Assembly (NCBI RefSeq): GCF_006345805.1
Contig: NC_043005.1
Location: forward strand, 68,386,001 to 68,450,000
Direction: 5' to 3'
DNA length: 64,000 nt
From: Octopus sinensis
Lineage: Eukaryota
This document shows positions 12,439 through 25,234 of the stretch, piece after piece; the first letter of the stretch is position 1; the number at the start of each line of letters is the position of its first letter. A program made the position numbers and the translations under genes. The notes beneath the pieces are model-generated. The model made no database searches. It had not been told where the DNA came from and saw only the letters and a program-made list of their open reading frames with translations.

Positions 12439-13703
12439 TTGGGTTGTCCGGGAAGTTCGTGCCGATTTTTAAAGGAAAGAAAAAGGTCAATAAATACTTG
12501 CCATTACGTTTTTAATCAACCAAATATGAACCATTTTGTTGTACAATACGTCTCCATCTTTCCTTTAACTTGAAATACCCTCTTCCCAGAATTGAGGTAG
12601 TTTCATGGCAAAGAATTCATCAGGGTGTCTTTTTACGTCATCCAAGGAATTGAAAATTTTACCATTAAGACTATTCCGCAGAGACCTGAATAAGTAGAAA
12701 TCCGAAGTAGCAATATCCGGGGAATATGGAGGGTGGGGTAACACATCCCAGCCGAGCTGCAGCAATTTTTGTCTGGTTCCCAAAGAAACTTGCGGTCTTG
12801 CATTATCATGTTGGAAAACAACAACCTTCCTGTTGGCCAATTCTGGACGTTTCTCTTGAATTGCTGCTTTTAACTCCAGTTGTGTGCAGTATTTCTCAGA
12901 ACTAATGGTCTGGTTACTTAGGGGAAACTCATAGTACAGAATTCCTTTCCAATCCCACCAGACACAAAGCAAGACTTTTTTAGGATGAAGACCCGCTTTT
13001 GGGGTGGATAAAGGTGACTCATGTCGCTTACTCCAGGATCGCTTTCTCTGAACATTTCGGTGGATAATACATTTCTCATCACCTGTCACAATTTGCTTTA
13101 AAAAAGGCGCGTCTTCATTCCACTTATAAAGCGAATCACAGATGGAAATGCGATCCAAAAGGTTCTTCTCACTCAACTCATGTGGTACCCAAACATCGTA
13201 GCGATTTGTGTACCCAAGCTTTACCAGGGTCTCATGAAAGACGGATTTTGATAGGTTGAGGCTTTCTGCCAATTCTCGGGTTGTGCAATGTGGGTTATTC
13301 TAAATTAATGACTTGATTTGGTCATCATCTTTAGTGGATCGCTCTTTATCAATAAGGCTACAATCTCCAGCTCGGAACCTTCCGTACTTCCGTACAGTTA
13401 TTTCGGGTAAAGAAACATCGCCATAAATTGCGCATATTTCTTTGGTTGCTTGTGAGGCATTTTACCCTTTACGGAAAAAGAAAAGCATAAAGTGCCGAAA
13501 ATGAACTTTCTTATCTTCCATTTTAAAAGGTTACAGAATTAATACAAGTTATAGGAACATAAACCTTCTTCCAGGAAAAGATAGCTTAAACTGTGCTCTA
13601 AATGGAGGTGTAGTCAAATCCTATTTTATGGACGCAACCATGTTCTAAAATAAGTTGAAAGGTAAGCTACTATATATCGGCACGAACTTTCCGGACAACA
13701 CAT
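12439..13703 (-). mobile_element. Full-length mariner DNA transposon (1265 bp), defective
   Basis: TIRs ttgggttgtccgggaagttcgtgccgat and atcggcacgaactttccggacaacacat, TA on both sides, size typical of mariner. Confidence 0.95.
12512..13521 (-). pseudogene. Mariner DD34D transposase pseudogene
   Basis: MEDKKVHFRH start; WVPHEL, IVTGDEK, HDNARP and YSPDIATSD motifs. In-frame stops in the N-terminal part and a frameshift near 12570 (GISS* instead of GIFKLKERW). Confidence 0.92.
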
Positions 13704-14670
13704 TATAATTAACGAAAACAGAACCTCTCTCAGAGATTCGATATCTTCTGTTTTCCATAACTCTTAGCCGCATTAACAAATATAATGGTGTGATCAAATG
13801 AAACCATACCTTCGAAATGAATGATGCAAAAGTATTTACAAGGGAATATCTAGTTGGAAAACCTACTAAAAGTGGTTCATAAAATCAACTAGGATATAAA
13901 ACTGTACAGTGGTCTAGTCAAATGTGACAAAGCTACTATAATTTGGGCGAGTTAAATAAAATTAAGATCATTAAATTAGAAGATAAAGACTGTAGTTTAT
14001 AAACGGAATGGCTTTACATCCCAAATTGCATTTACTCGTGTAGAATTTTTGTCTTTTAGTTAGAGAGGACAAGAAGGTTGAGAGACAAAGTTTTACAAGG
14101 TGAAATGGAATGAAGATTGGCAGGAAGAGATAAATGCAGAGGGGGATAAATGAAGAAAGAACAAAGAAGGGAAGTTAGAGAAAGAGAGGAAAATGACGGA
14201 AGGCATGAGAAAGACAGTAACAACAGTGTGTAGATGTGTGTGTGGGAGAGAAATCTCTTTTATATACAAGCATACACTAAAACGCTCTTATACACACAAC
14301 CACATGGAGGCCCGTGCACCACATATATACACACAAATGCACATATATATATATATATATATATTACATCATATATATTACATCATATATAATTATGGAG
14401 CAACAATAACACTTTGAAATATATCACTTTGAGATTTAGTGTTTTCGAGAAAATCTAAGACACACAGACCACCACACACATAAACACGCACACACGCATA
14501 CACACACTTGCGCACGCACACACGAACACACAGAATAATATACACATACATATTAAGGCACATACATATACTCACAGGTATACATATTTATTCAAGTACA
14601 GACACGTATATGAAACATTAAAATCTCAAAAGTAAACGGAAATATCACATGACAGAAAAATTGACCTTTC

Positions 14671-14672
<2 letters not shown>

Positions 14673-14732
<60 letters not shown>
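14673..14732. repeat. (TA)n microsatellite
   Basis: Pure AT run. Confidence 0.95.
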
Positions 14733-14734
<2 letters not shown>

Positions 14735-14910
14735 AGGAGATTTCATGGAAAGAACAAATGACGAAGATAGGTGGTGTAGAAAACAAACATGTACTAGTAT
14801 AATGCTTGGGAATTGAAAAAAATCTTTAACGTTTCGAGGCTACGCTCTTCCACAGAAAGGAACACAGAAAGAAACAAAGAGAGAAAAAAATGTGTGCAGT
14901 CGCAAGCGAT
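14733..14910 (-). mobile_element. Penelope-like terminal repeat fragment
   Basis: Minus strand reads cttt-CTGTGGA-A-GAGcgtagcCTC-GAAACGTT-aaag, a hammerhead-core-like motif typical of PLE ends. Confidence 0.5.
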
Positions 14911-16217
14911 ATTTCTTTTTTTGTTCTGATATAAAAATAAAAACTATATAAATATACATATATACACGCTTTGATAATTCTTATCTAACCGCTAAATTTT
15001 TAGATGCCGCTTTGTACTAAAGCAATCTAGGCTCTGAAAACAAGTTACACTGTGAACAACTGCTAAGTACAGATGTCAGACACTATTGGAAGGAGACACC
15101 CAAACTGAAGCTACACGACACGTGGTACTAGGACAGTCTATTCTACAGTATAAAGAGACGCTAGATTCCAGTAACGTTTCTATTCAAATATTTTGTAAAT
15201 GTTAATGTACAATGTCAATGTATTGAAGAGATTCGCCTTTGGGAAGGAGCATTTTGAAGTCAAAATATGTATCGTATTTTACAAGCAATGGATTATTGTC
15301 TGGAAGTGTAAGAGTTAAAAGCCTCTCATTTGGCTGATAATATTATGCGCTGACGTTTCAGCTGAAAAGAGGAATGTATGCATCTTCTTATTGATCCTAA
15401 GCTTTGTTCATTCCAACAATGATATTAACTCTCAATGTAATATTTATAATCAAAACAATAGAGTCACCGTGAGGTCAATGCCTGATTTATGATGTTAAGG
15501 ACAGTTTCGGCTTCAATGCCTGCTGCAATACGATTGACTCGGAGTCCAACACCAGTAACAACACTCATTAAGTGGGGCCGTCTAGTGGCAATTAATTAAC
15601 TTTAGTAGTTGCGAATTACTGCGCAAGCATTGGTTTATGTCTTTCTAAATAACGTACTATTTGAAACTGTAGCATGTGGTCTGTTCATTAGCCGTAAATA
15701 TATCTTTACATTCGAGACCAATATGACAGTTTGTTAATCTTGAATATCATTCGAAGGTGATTGGTACCAATTCCAAACAATTGACAATATACGACCGAGT
15801 GTTATATCTAAATACATTTTGGCATTCAATCCATATTTGAAAGTCAATTCACGGGTAGATTAATCTTAGTGGAATGTTTGAAAGATGTTGGATATTCGCG
15901 GTTGTGCCAAAATAAAGGCGTTAATTTTGTATCATCAGTAGCATGTGGTGCAAGAGAAACAGTCAATAGTTATAGTTTATCATGGTCGAATATGAACTGA
16001 CGAATCCACTAATTTCTAAAAGATATATTGCAAGCACTTACAGTAGTAATCAATGGTAAGCTTACTGGAATTGAGGATAATTTTGTTTCATTAAATTCCT
16101 GTGTTTAGTACCTCCGCCTAACTGTTGCACAATAGAGCTTTACATACGAAAAAATATATGTCTTGATGGCTTTATAAATGCTTGGGGCTCGCAGAAATAC
16201 ACTATTTAGAAATAGAA

Positions 16218-16420
16218 AGATGGCGAGCTGTCAAAATCAGTAGCACGCCTGGCATATCGTACAGTCTAATGTTCTGAATCTAAGTTCCACCGAGACCGAT
16301 TTGTCTTTCAACCTATCGGGGGCGATAAAACAAGTACTACGTAAGCAGTAACGTCGATAAAATCGACTTCGCTTCTCCACCGTAATTACCGGCCTTGTGT
16401 CAAAATTTGAAGCTAATATT
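16218..16420 (+). mobile_element. SINE family A, degenerate
   Basis: gatggcgagctgtcaaaatcagtagcacgcc..ttctgaatctaagttccaccgag..gtcgataaaatcgac. Confidence 0.75.
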
Positions 16421-16791
16421 TAGAAACATACTAGAAGAGCATGCGAAGGATTGAACTCAAAGCATTACTAGTAGTGTACTAATATTATAAATCCTCAACG
16501 ATTTGCTCTTAGCTCTGTGCTAGTATTGTGTCTGGAAGCATACATTTCGTTCTCAGTCTTTGTGTTAGCTATATTTTCATGGAGGAATTGCAGTTATACC
16601 TTAGTTTTATTATGGAAATCATTTCATATTAACTGCCTAGTTTATGATCGAAGCAAGAAATAAACAATTCATAAATTTATGATGTACACAGTGACAGAGT
16701 CGTAAACATATAAACGCATACAGTAAGTTGAGGATAACAACACCGTCTTTACACACACGCACATCTATGCATACGTATGTACTTATTATTC

Positions 16792-16838
<47 letters not shown>

Positions 16839-16879
16839 TACATATATACATACATATATATACACACACACATCTATAG

Positions 16880-17230
16880 GGGGAATGTATGTATTTATGA
16901 ATCAGAAGAGACTGAAGGGTTTTACATATATGTTCTGGGAACCTCGTGATTGTGCATTCAAATTCTGTTGTAGTGATACTACCTTTAGGCCTTACAGTGT
17001 TGTTCTGCTTCAACGACACTCACGTTGTGAAATCGATAAAAGAGAGTACAATAACCTGACCTGCAATGAGGTGTTCAATATCCAACGTTTCGGACACACT
17101 CCTTCTTCAGGGGAAGAGTTGAAAAAAGTGAAATTAATGAAGGATATAAGAGTTTTATAGAGAAGGCGATGAATGTAATATCACTTAAACGTCTTGAGTC
17201 TGTTGTAAACCGTATAGCCATCCTTACTAC
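16880..17230 (-). mobile_element. Probable Penelope-like repeat fragment
   Basis: Minus strand reads CTGAAGA-A-GGagtgtgtCC-GAAACGTT at ~17083-17110. Confidence 0.4.
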
Positions 17231-17858
17231 TACACAAAAGACTATATTACGACTCTAGTCGTCCAAATAAGAAGTCATAAATGAACATGCTAGAATTCCT
17301 TGTGCCAGTGATCTATCAATGGATATCTGTGAATGTGCGTATGTACACACACAGACACGCACACACACGCACACACACGCACACACACACGCACGCGCGC
17401 GTATGTATATAAGCAGTGTTACTGAAAATCTTGCCGTAACATAGAATGCTATAACGCAAAATTTTTCTTTGATTGACCTTTTCTTTAAACATGGATGCAT
17501 TCCGATCGGATATTTGATAAAGAAAAGAAAGAGAGGAGTAAAACAAACTCCATTTTGTATAAGAACAACAATTTTAAGCACATTATACAGTACACATACT
17601 GAAAATCATTTAAAAAGAAATACTCTAAGGAATAACTACGAATACAATAGTATCGTAGGGCCGTGAGTACTCAACCAACAAGATACAGATTCTGCTTGGA
17701 GAGAAGTGATGAAATGGAAAGTACATTGAGAAAGTTAAACACTCTCCTGTGCCCTGTCAATCGTCACCTGCTTTAAGGGTAAAGGATTCGTCAAAAGATT
17801 AGAAAATTACTATTTTAAGATCTCACAGCGAGAGATATTCAGCAACAGTACTTTGGAG

Positions 17859-17991
17859 TAAAGATTGTTCGCCAACAAAAGGACAGAGATCGTGTCGTAT
17901 AGCCAGTTGGAGACGATGTCTCCTGGGGCTAAATTGCAGCAAAATTCGTCCTAAACCAGTGCTGCCCTGTTATGTTGGCAAACAATCTTTA
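17859..17991. mobile_element. Small TA-flanked MITE-like hairpin element (~133 bp)
   Basis: Terminal inverted repeats taaagattgttcgccaaca and tgttggcaaacaatcttta (1 mismatch in 19). Confidence 0.6.
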
Positions 17992-17995
17992 TTGT

Positions 17996-18132
17996 CCAGT
18001 TCTATATTTAAGAGATGAGGAATTATGTACATTATTTACGTTAATTAAAATTGACAGATGTTTGTCCTCATCTTGTTTGTTGTTAACAACAAACAAGATA
18101 AGGACAAATATCCGTCAATTGTAAATAATGTA
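17996..18132. mobile_element. SINE family D 3' tail, folded back as a palindrome
   Basis: Reverse complement of the 54940-55020 tail, followed by a forward copy. The centre of symmetry is GTTAAC (18082-18087). Confidence 0.85.
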
Positions 18133-20114
18133 AATCTTTAGTGTCAACATTCGCAATGGGGCCCACATCTTTTGATATCTCAGTGATGGAACTGTGTCAT
18201 TACGAACTCCTCTTGTAAAAGTTATTTTATATAGACGCCTTGAATAATTATCAGTTGAAACTTGGTGCTATCTTTCAATCAAAGGAAGTGGCCGAATGAA
18301 ACATCTAAATATTCTTTTTGCATTGAAATTTATTCTTGTTTTAACAAGATTGTTTTTTCTTTCGACAAACCCTCTTTGGAAACGTTTAGAAACTTAACCA
18401 CTTCGTTTTCTATGGCTTAAAATCTATGACCTTTCCCAGTGTAAAAATATTCTGTTAAAATTGATGTCAAAATTTTACCGTCAAAAATCCTTAACGTCAT
18501 GCATACAACCTGATTAGATGTCTTTCAAAGCATAATTCATCCCCTGATACAGTAATATTATTCACAGTAGACATAATGTTAAAATATTTCTAGAAGTCTG
18601 TAGCTGTACGTTGGGGTGCTGAAGTTTCTGGCGTTTTGGTAAAAGAAAATATAGGAAAATCAGTTAACTATGATTTTATTCAATATATCCCCCTCTTAGA
18701 TTCGCGCTTATTGCAGCGGTTCTTCATGTTTTATAAGCCCTGTAAAAGAACTCGGAAATTTGGGCCTCCAATCAGGCGTTTAACAACACACTTAAAGCCA
18801 GGAGCTTTTCAGTACCCCTCGTAGCCTTATCTACTCCAATAATTGCTTTTCTTAGTTTCAAAATTGTTTTTTTTTGTTAATATGCCTTGAGGTTAACAAT
18901 CATACCACCGACTACTGGGTGGAACAAGGAAGTTTTGATCACGAAGTTATATTCCACTCTCATATTATCAGAAAGGTCAGTTAAATTCACTAGGTGACAT
19001 GGTGCTCTGTTCAATATAAACAGTGCATTAGCGGAAATAGTACGTCTGACACTGTTCAGTCGATGTTAAAAGAACATGAGAACCATTCCTAGACAAAGCT
19101 TGCAGTCATGCAAGTTTTCTTATTTGAATATGTAATCACAGATAGATTAAAATTAGTGCACTTGAAACTCCTTTGATTTTCGGAGGCATAAACAAAGAGA
19201 GGCTTTAACTTCGTATCAGTAGCAGCATTTCCTCCCACAAGAAACGCCAGGCGATTTTTAGAAGCGTTAAAGCTCGATGCTTATTTTCTTTAACTGAAAT
19301 TCCTGCCTCAGCAAGCGTGCAACTCTAGGAAAGCACCACTTTATCTGCATTATACACTCGTTCTGTTCTATATCCTCCTTCAGTCATACATATCTTCATA
19401 TACTCAAGATAATTATTAACGGGTGCTGTTTCAGGACTGGTAGTTTCTGTATATTTGCCGATTTGATTCGAGGATCTTGTAATAAATTTAAATGTTCTTA
19501 ATTGAAGCCTTTCCTGTCACTCATATTGTTCTGAGAAACACATAAATATCACTCAATCGCATTTACTCTAGCTTGTAAATTTGTAAATAATGTGAATGTT
19601 ATGTTTAAATTTCATTAGACATAAAGGCCTATATTTTATAGAAAAGAAAAAAAATAGATGTAGTGGCATTCATACTTTCTCTTAGGACATTAGTGCGGCA
19701 ATTAAATTACAATAGTTTTTACCAGCAACTTATCTCGATTGGCTATCTCGTCTTTCCAGAAAGTTACCAATTCAATTGGATGTATTTGGATAGCCTATGT
19801 CTAAACAAGACGGGATGATTATGGCTGGGACGTTTCGATTACAGGTTTGTTGAACAAGAGCTAACCGGAGCTAAATCTATCCAGTATGCCGAGTTACTTA
19901 CAGTAATGAACGCTAAGAAGAATTATATTGCACTTGGACCATTAAAAACATTCACCTTCATTCTTATTTGTAGATACGGTTAATGTTTTTTTTTTATATA
20001 AGAGAAATGAAGTGAGAACATGATTCGCAGCAGGAAAATATTCAGCTTTTAAGAAACAATAAAACAAATGCTGACACGTTTGAATATAAATTAACTTTTT
20101 GAAAAAGTTAAACT

Positions 20115-20430
<316 letters not shown>

Positions 20431-20854
20431 TGTCATTTTTTTAAATTGCTAAGATTCAAAGACAGAAGCAGCTGGCTGCATTATTTGTTTGTATGAATTC
20501 ATTCAACACGACTAGTTTCGAAAATTCAATTACAAGTTATTTTGCAATTTAATTTAGTATGGTTAAAAAATAGCTTTCATTTTTACAAAACTCCATAACA
20601 TTTTCAGTATTTTCATTTAACTACAAATCCTGTATTAGCTACCCTTACTATTATCTTTATCATCCAGTACTATCCACCCAACAATGATAGATGTATCATT
20701 TCGTTTATTTTGGTTGTTTCATTAGTTGTTTGAGACTCCACCTTAATAACTCAGACTTTACGAAGTGTAAGTGTTAAGAAGAATTAATGTTTTAAGAAAA
20801 TAGTTTGTTTTGCGATTTATTTTTGCAAGTTATTATCAAAGCATTTACAAAGGT

Positions 20855-21062
20855 AGCGAGCTGACAAAGTCGTTCGTACACCGGAGAAAATGCGTGGCAG
20901 CGTTCTATCCGAATTTGCGTTCTGTGTTCAGACGCTGCCGAGATCGACTCTGCCTTTCCTCCTCACGGGGGCGATACAGTAAGCACCAGTTTAATACTGG
21001 GTCGATGTAATCGATTAGTCCTCCCCTAAAATTTCAAGCCTTGTACCTGAAGTAGAAATGAT
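20855..21062 (+). mobile_element. SINE family A, degenerate
   Basis: gcgagctgacaaagtcgttcg..gccgagatcgactctgccttt..aagcaccagt..gggtcgatgtaatcga. Confidence 0.75.
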
Positions 21063-22159
21063 TATTAAGACATTTTTATCAACACTCCGAGCGAACTGTT
21101 GTAAGACTAGAAGTGATCAATTACATAAACAAAGGCAATGCAGTTCCTGTTATAATTACATAACAACTTAATTTCTTTCTTTTATTTGGTGTAATCTGTG
21201 GTAGTAAAAATTGCATTGAATTATCAAATACATATTTTTTTTCTATTCTGTTACTGGTTTTAGCGGTCCGACTGTGGCTTTGTTGGTGCGTCGCCTTTGA
21301 GATTAGCTCCGTTGCAGAAATTTAGGTGAAAATATTAATTACAACATTTAAAGAAATTCACCCACACATGCAAACTGGGATACTTTCTCAGCATCAAAAT
21401 TCCTATATGATCATTATACGAATCGCATAGGATGCCTCCTGTATGATGCAGATGTAAAGCATTTGAAATTGTAGATGCTGCTCTTGCATTCTTTGAAGAA
21501 GTATTTCTAACTTCACTGTATGTTCTTCCATCTTTTTTCCAAATATCAAATATGGATTCTGTATACAGTACTTCTGAAGAGAGAGAGGGGGGGAGGAAGA
21601 GGGACATAGAGAGAGAGAGAAAGAGAAAAGGAGAGAAAGAGAGGGAGAGAATGAGAGCTTTGCAACTGATGCCTGCTTTGCATCCATCTTTACAAAACAA
21701 AGAAGCTAAATCTCAAAACCTATCCCGTTCCACTCCGCTAGAATCGTCACCATACACACACGCATACACAAACATACACACATAAACAACTTTCCCTGCT
21801 TCAAATCAGCACGACCACTCGATGTATTTTCCTTTACACCCAAATAACGCGATCACATATCTCTTCGACCCTTTCCAAACACTTCAATTTCTATCTCTCC
21901 ACACTGATAAATCTTGATTTTTAATACAAATTACAGTGTGCCACAATCACTAAGACAGTGAATCCGCTTCCCTTATTCCTAGACTCTCCAGCATCAGAAA
22001 TACAACTACTAACTGACTATCAATACTGGTTTTATAATTACAGATGGACTGGACTTTTATTTTCCTATATCAGTCTACCAGTAGGAATTTACCCTCGATA
22101 AAATTGACCAAGCGTTAATGGAGTTCCTTTTGATTTATATTCATTCAACTCCGTTGTGC

Positions 22160-22390
22160 CTAAAAGTTCAGTTTGCTGATGGTACAACACTGGTGGCGGA
22201 ATCGAAAGAGCAACTGAGGAAACTGCTGTAGAATTTGGAAGAGTGTATGAGAGGAGGAAACTGAAAGTGAATGTAGCTAAGAGCAAAGTGATGACTTGTT
22301 CGAGAGATGAAATGGATGGTAGGATGAATGTGAATATAAATGGTGAGATGTTAGAGGAATTGAGTGTTTTTAGCATCTGGGGTGACATGT
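22160..22390 (+). mobile_element. RTE-clade LINE RT fragment
   Basis: FADGTTLVAESKEQLRKLL..RRKLKVNVAKSKVM..NINGEMLEE, i.e. the (Y/F)ADD region and the following RT subdomains. Confidence 0.85.
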
Positions 22391-22809
22391 TCGCATTTTT
22401 CTTCCAATACATAAATAACCTGGCTGCCATTCTTTTAAAAACTTCCTTTCGTACGTAGATTATGCCTTCATTCATTTCTTCCTAACTTTTCACATCCAAG
22501 CCGCATTGAACTTAGATCCCTTACGCCATACCTGAGAAACTCCATCAACAGATAGCCCGGAAACATTTTCCGGTTGGGCCATACTAATCGTATTTCCCTC
22601 ACCGGCACAGAGAAATAATCCCTACATGTATCGTTAAAAGATTATCAACCCATAGTTAAACATGACCTGCCCGCAACTAGAAATTTCCGTCTCTCTTTAA
22701 ATGTTTGACCTGACCATTTGAAGGAAACGCACCTGGATAACCGACATAGACACTTCGTGAGAAAGAGTGGTCTTTGTTATTGTTTTGCATTATCCAACAA
22801 CAACTACTA

Positions 22810-23145
22810 ACTCTTTTACTCTTTTACTTGTTTCAGTCATTTGACTGCGGCCATGCTGGAGCACCGCCTCTAGTCGAGCAAATCGACCCCAGGACTTATT
22901 CTTTGCAACCCTAGTACTCATTCTATCGGTCTCTTTTACCGAACCGCTAAGTTGCGGTGACGTAGACACACCAGCATCGGTTGTCAAGCGATGTTGGGTG
23001 GATGGGGGGAGAGCTGACAACCACAGACACACAAATATACACAGACATATACACACACACACAAGGCTTTGGTCGGCCCGAGGCTATAGTAGAAGGCACT
23101 TGCCCAAGGTGGTTCGTAAGCAAGCTACTTACCACACAGCCACTC
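22810..23145 (-). mobile_element. SINE family B (tRNA head plus internal microsatellite), internally deleted
   Basis: Matches the 41431-41870 copy over most of its length. Confidence 0.9.
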
Positions 23146-24155
23146 CAACTACTAACTGTTTATATATGTCTGATGACGCATTCAATAAAATATTTCTTTC
23201 ATACGCTGAACGATGCTTCAGTATGCAGCTGCTTTATCTAATTTTTAAATTCAAAAGCAACTGTTATGGGGTTTTCACACTGACGTTTACATACAGACTG
23301 TTGCCCAAGAGGCCACTCAGAGACATCGACCTCGAAATACCTTTATGTGCAAATCGAACGTCTTAAGATATAACCATATCTGTGGTGGAACGATTTTCAT
23401 TTTATTAAATAATCTTGTGATGGAAGCCTGTTTTAAGAAGAATTTAAAGCTGTCTCACAGAAATATAATTGATTCTAAGTATTTCCCAGTAAAATTGCAA
23501 GCAGACTGTGTTATGTCATCGACAATGTCCGATGGGAAAATGATTATTTCTTGACTGACTGGGTTACTCCGTTATAAATATGTACGATGTGTAGTCAGAA
23601 CTAAATGCTATTGTATATTTAGATCTAAGTCGTTTTTGACCGAGTAATACTATAATCAAGCCATACTAACCGGGAGTATCCTATCTCTCATCCCAACATA
23701 ATGTGTATACACAGGCCTGCACTGTTCAACAAATACTTCCATCATTAACACTTAAGAGAGTCGTTTGAAGGAAATTTGGCTATTAATAATTACAACTCGA
23801 TCAACTGTGTAAAGGCTTCCTTAGTGATTTAGCAGTTAAAAGTTTTATGAAATGCGAAATTGAATAATTAACGTGTTTTTCGTCAGTAATAACTAATTGT
23901 GTTAATTTCATGACTAATGGTTTGGAAAACGTAATAGGAATTTCAACAATGTATTCTTCCTCATCTATGCTTTTAAGTGCTATATTTTCAAGGTGATAAG
24001 TAGATGTCAAGGATGAAAATGAAGATGCTATAAGCGCTTAGTGTGTAATTTTTAAAGTATGATAACGTATGTTCGGATGAGGAACAGCCTGATGAGGAAT
24101 CGTCCGTGTTCTGACACGTACCTCCTCACGACAATGTAAACTTCGTTTAATCAAG

Positions 24156-24474
24156 ATACCTATTTCTTTATTACCCACAACGGGCTAAACATAGAGGGGA
24201 CAAACAAGGACTGACATAGGTATTAAGTCGATTACATCGACGCCGGTGTGTAACTGGTACTTAATTTATCGACCCCGAAAGGATGAAAGGTAAAGTCGAC
24301 CTCGGCGGAATTTGAACTCACAACGAGGTCGTCTTTGCCTTTCATCCTTTCGGGGTCGATGAACTAAGTACCAGTTACGCACTGGGGTCGATATAATCGA
24401 CTTAATCCGTTTGTCTGTCCTCGTTTGTCCTCTCTGTTTTTAGCCCCTTGTGGGTAATAAAAAAAAAAGGTATT
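24156..24474. mobile_element. Two 5'-truncated SINE family A copies head-to-head
   Basis: Minus copy 24156-24320 and plus copy 24324-24474, complementary over ~145 bp. Confidence 0.9.
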
Positions 24475-24764
24475 TAACATTTCCGAGGTTTCGCTCGCTA
24501 TGAAACTTATGTAGCCCGGATATTATCTACTTCATTCCATAACTCTTGTGTGTGTGTGTGTGTGTGTGTATTTGTGTTTTTTCTTCATCACTTGACAACT
24601 TGTGTTAGTTTGCTTTGTCCCCGCAAGGAAACGGTTAGGCCAAACAGACCAATAACATAAATAACGCACGTTAACAATAAGTTCTGGGTCGGTTTGTTCA
24701 ACTATAATCTTCAAGGCAGTACCACAGCATGGTTATGTTTGTATATGTGTGTGTATGTATGTTT

Positions 24765-25070
24765 GCAAAGCCACGTGACGTAGTGTTTATGGTGTTGCAC
24801 CCTTGATCGCAAAGTCGTCATTTCGATTTCCGGACCAGGCAGTGCGTGTTGCTTTAAGTAAAAAAAAATAAATAAAAATAATAATAAAATATTATTTCGC
24901 ACTTGTTTCACTCCCCTCAGCTATAAATGGGAACCTTGCAATGGCCTGGCCTTCCTTTCCGTCGGGAATGTTAGCGTGCCTGCCTATTTAGCAGGGTGGC
25001 ACCATTCGAATGCTGCAACAATGCGAAGAAGCGCATTGTGACCAACGGTGTATAACAATATTCAATACTG
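24765..25070 (+). mobile_element. tRNA-derived SINE (family C-related head, different body)
   Basis: gtgacgtagtg..ttcgatttccggacc head, then cactcccctcagctataaatgggaacc.. body. Confidence 0.6.
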
Positions 25071-25234
25071 TGAGCAATACGGTGTATGTGTGTATGTATG
25101 TGTGTGTGTGTGCACGTATTGTAGATTTTCCACTCAAACCAAAACTTTATTGCTTTCTCTCATATTTTGTTATCGATGTGTGAAATTATACGTGAGTGGA
25201 GGCCACGTTCCAAAATAATCTGTTCTAACAGCGG

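Noticed and set aside
15480-16100. Possible Penelope GIY-YIG C-terminus on the minus strand (LDSESIVLQQALKPKLS)
   Set aside because: Single weak motif; no GIY or YIG motif found upstream in any frame.
23640-23705. Slight resemblance to 5S rRNA (ggttagta) on the minus strand
   Set aside because: Only about 8 matching bases; the rest does not align.
23801-24040. 79-codon minus-strand open frame (IALKSIDEEEYIVEIP...)
   Set aside because: No ATG, splice boundaries or recognisable homology.
24098-24135. CTGATGAG-GAA..TTC-TGACAC-GTAC-CTC, resembling a hammerhead
   Set aside because: GAAA and the cleavage triplet are both altered and no stem I can be formed.
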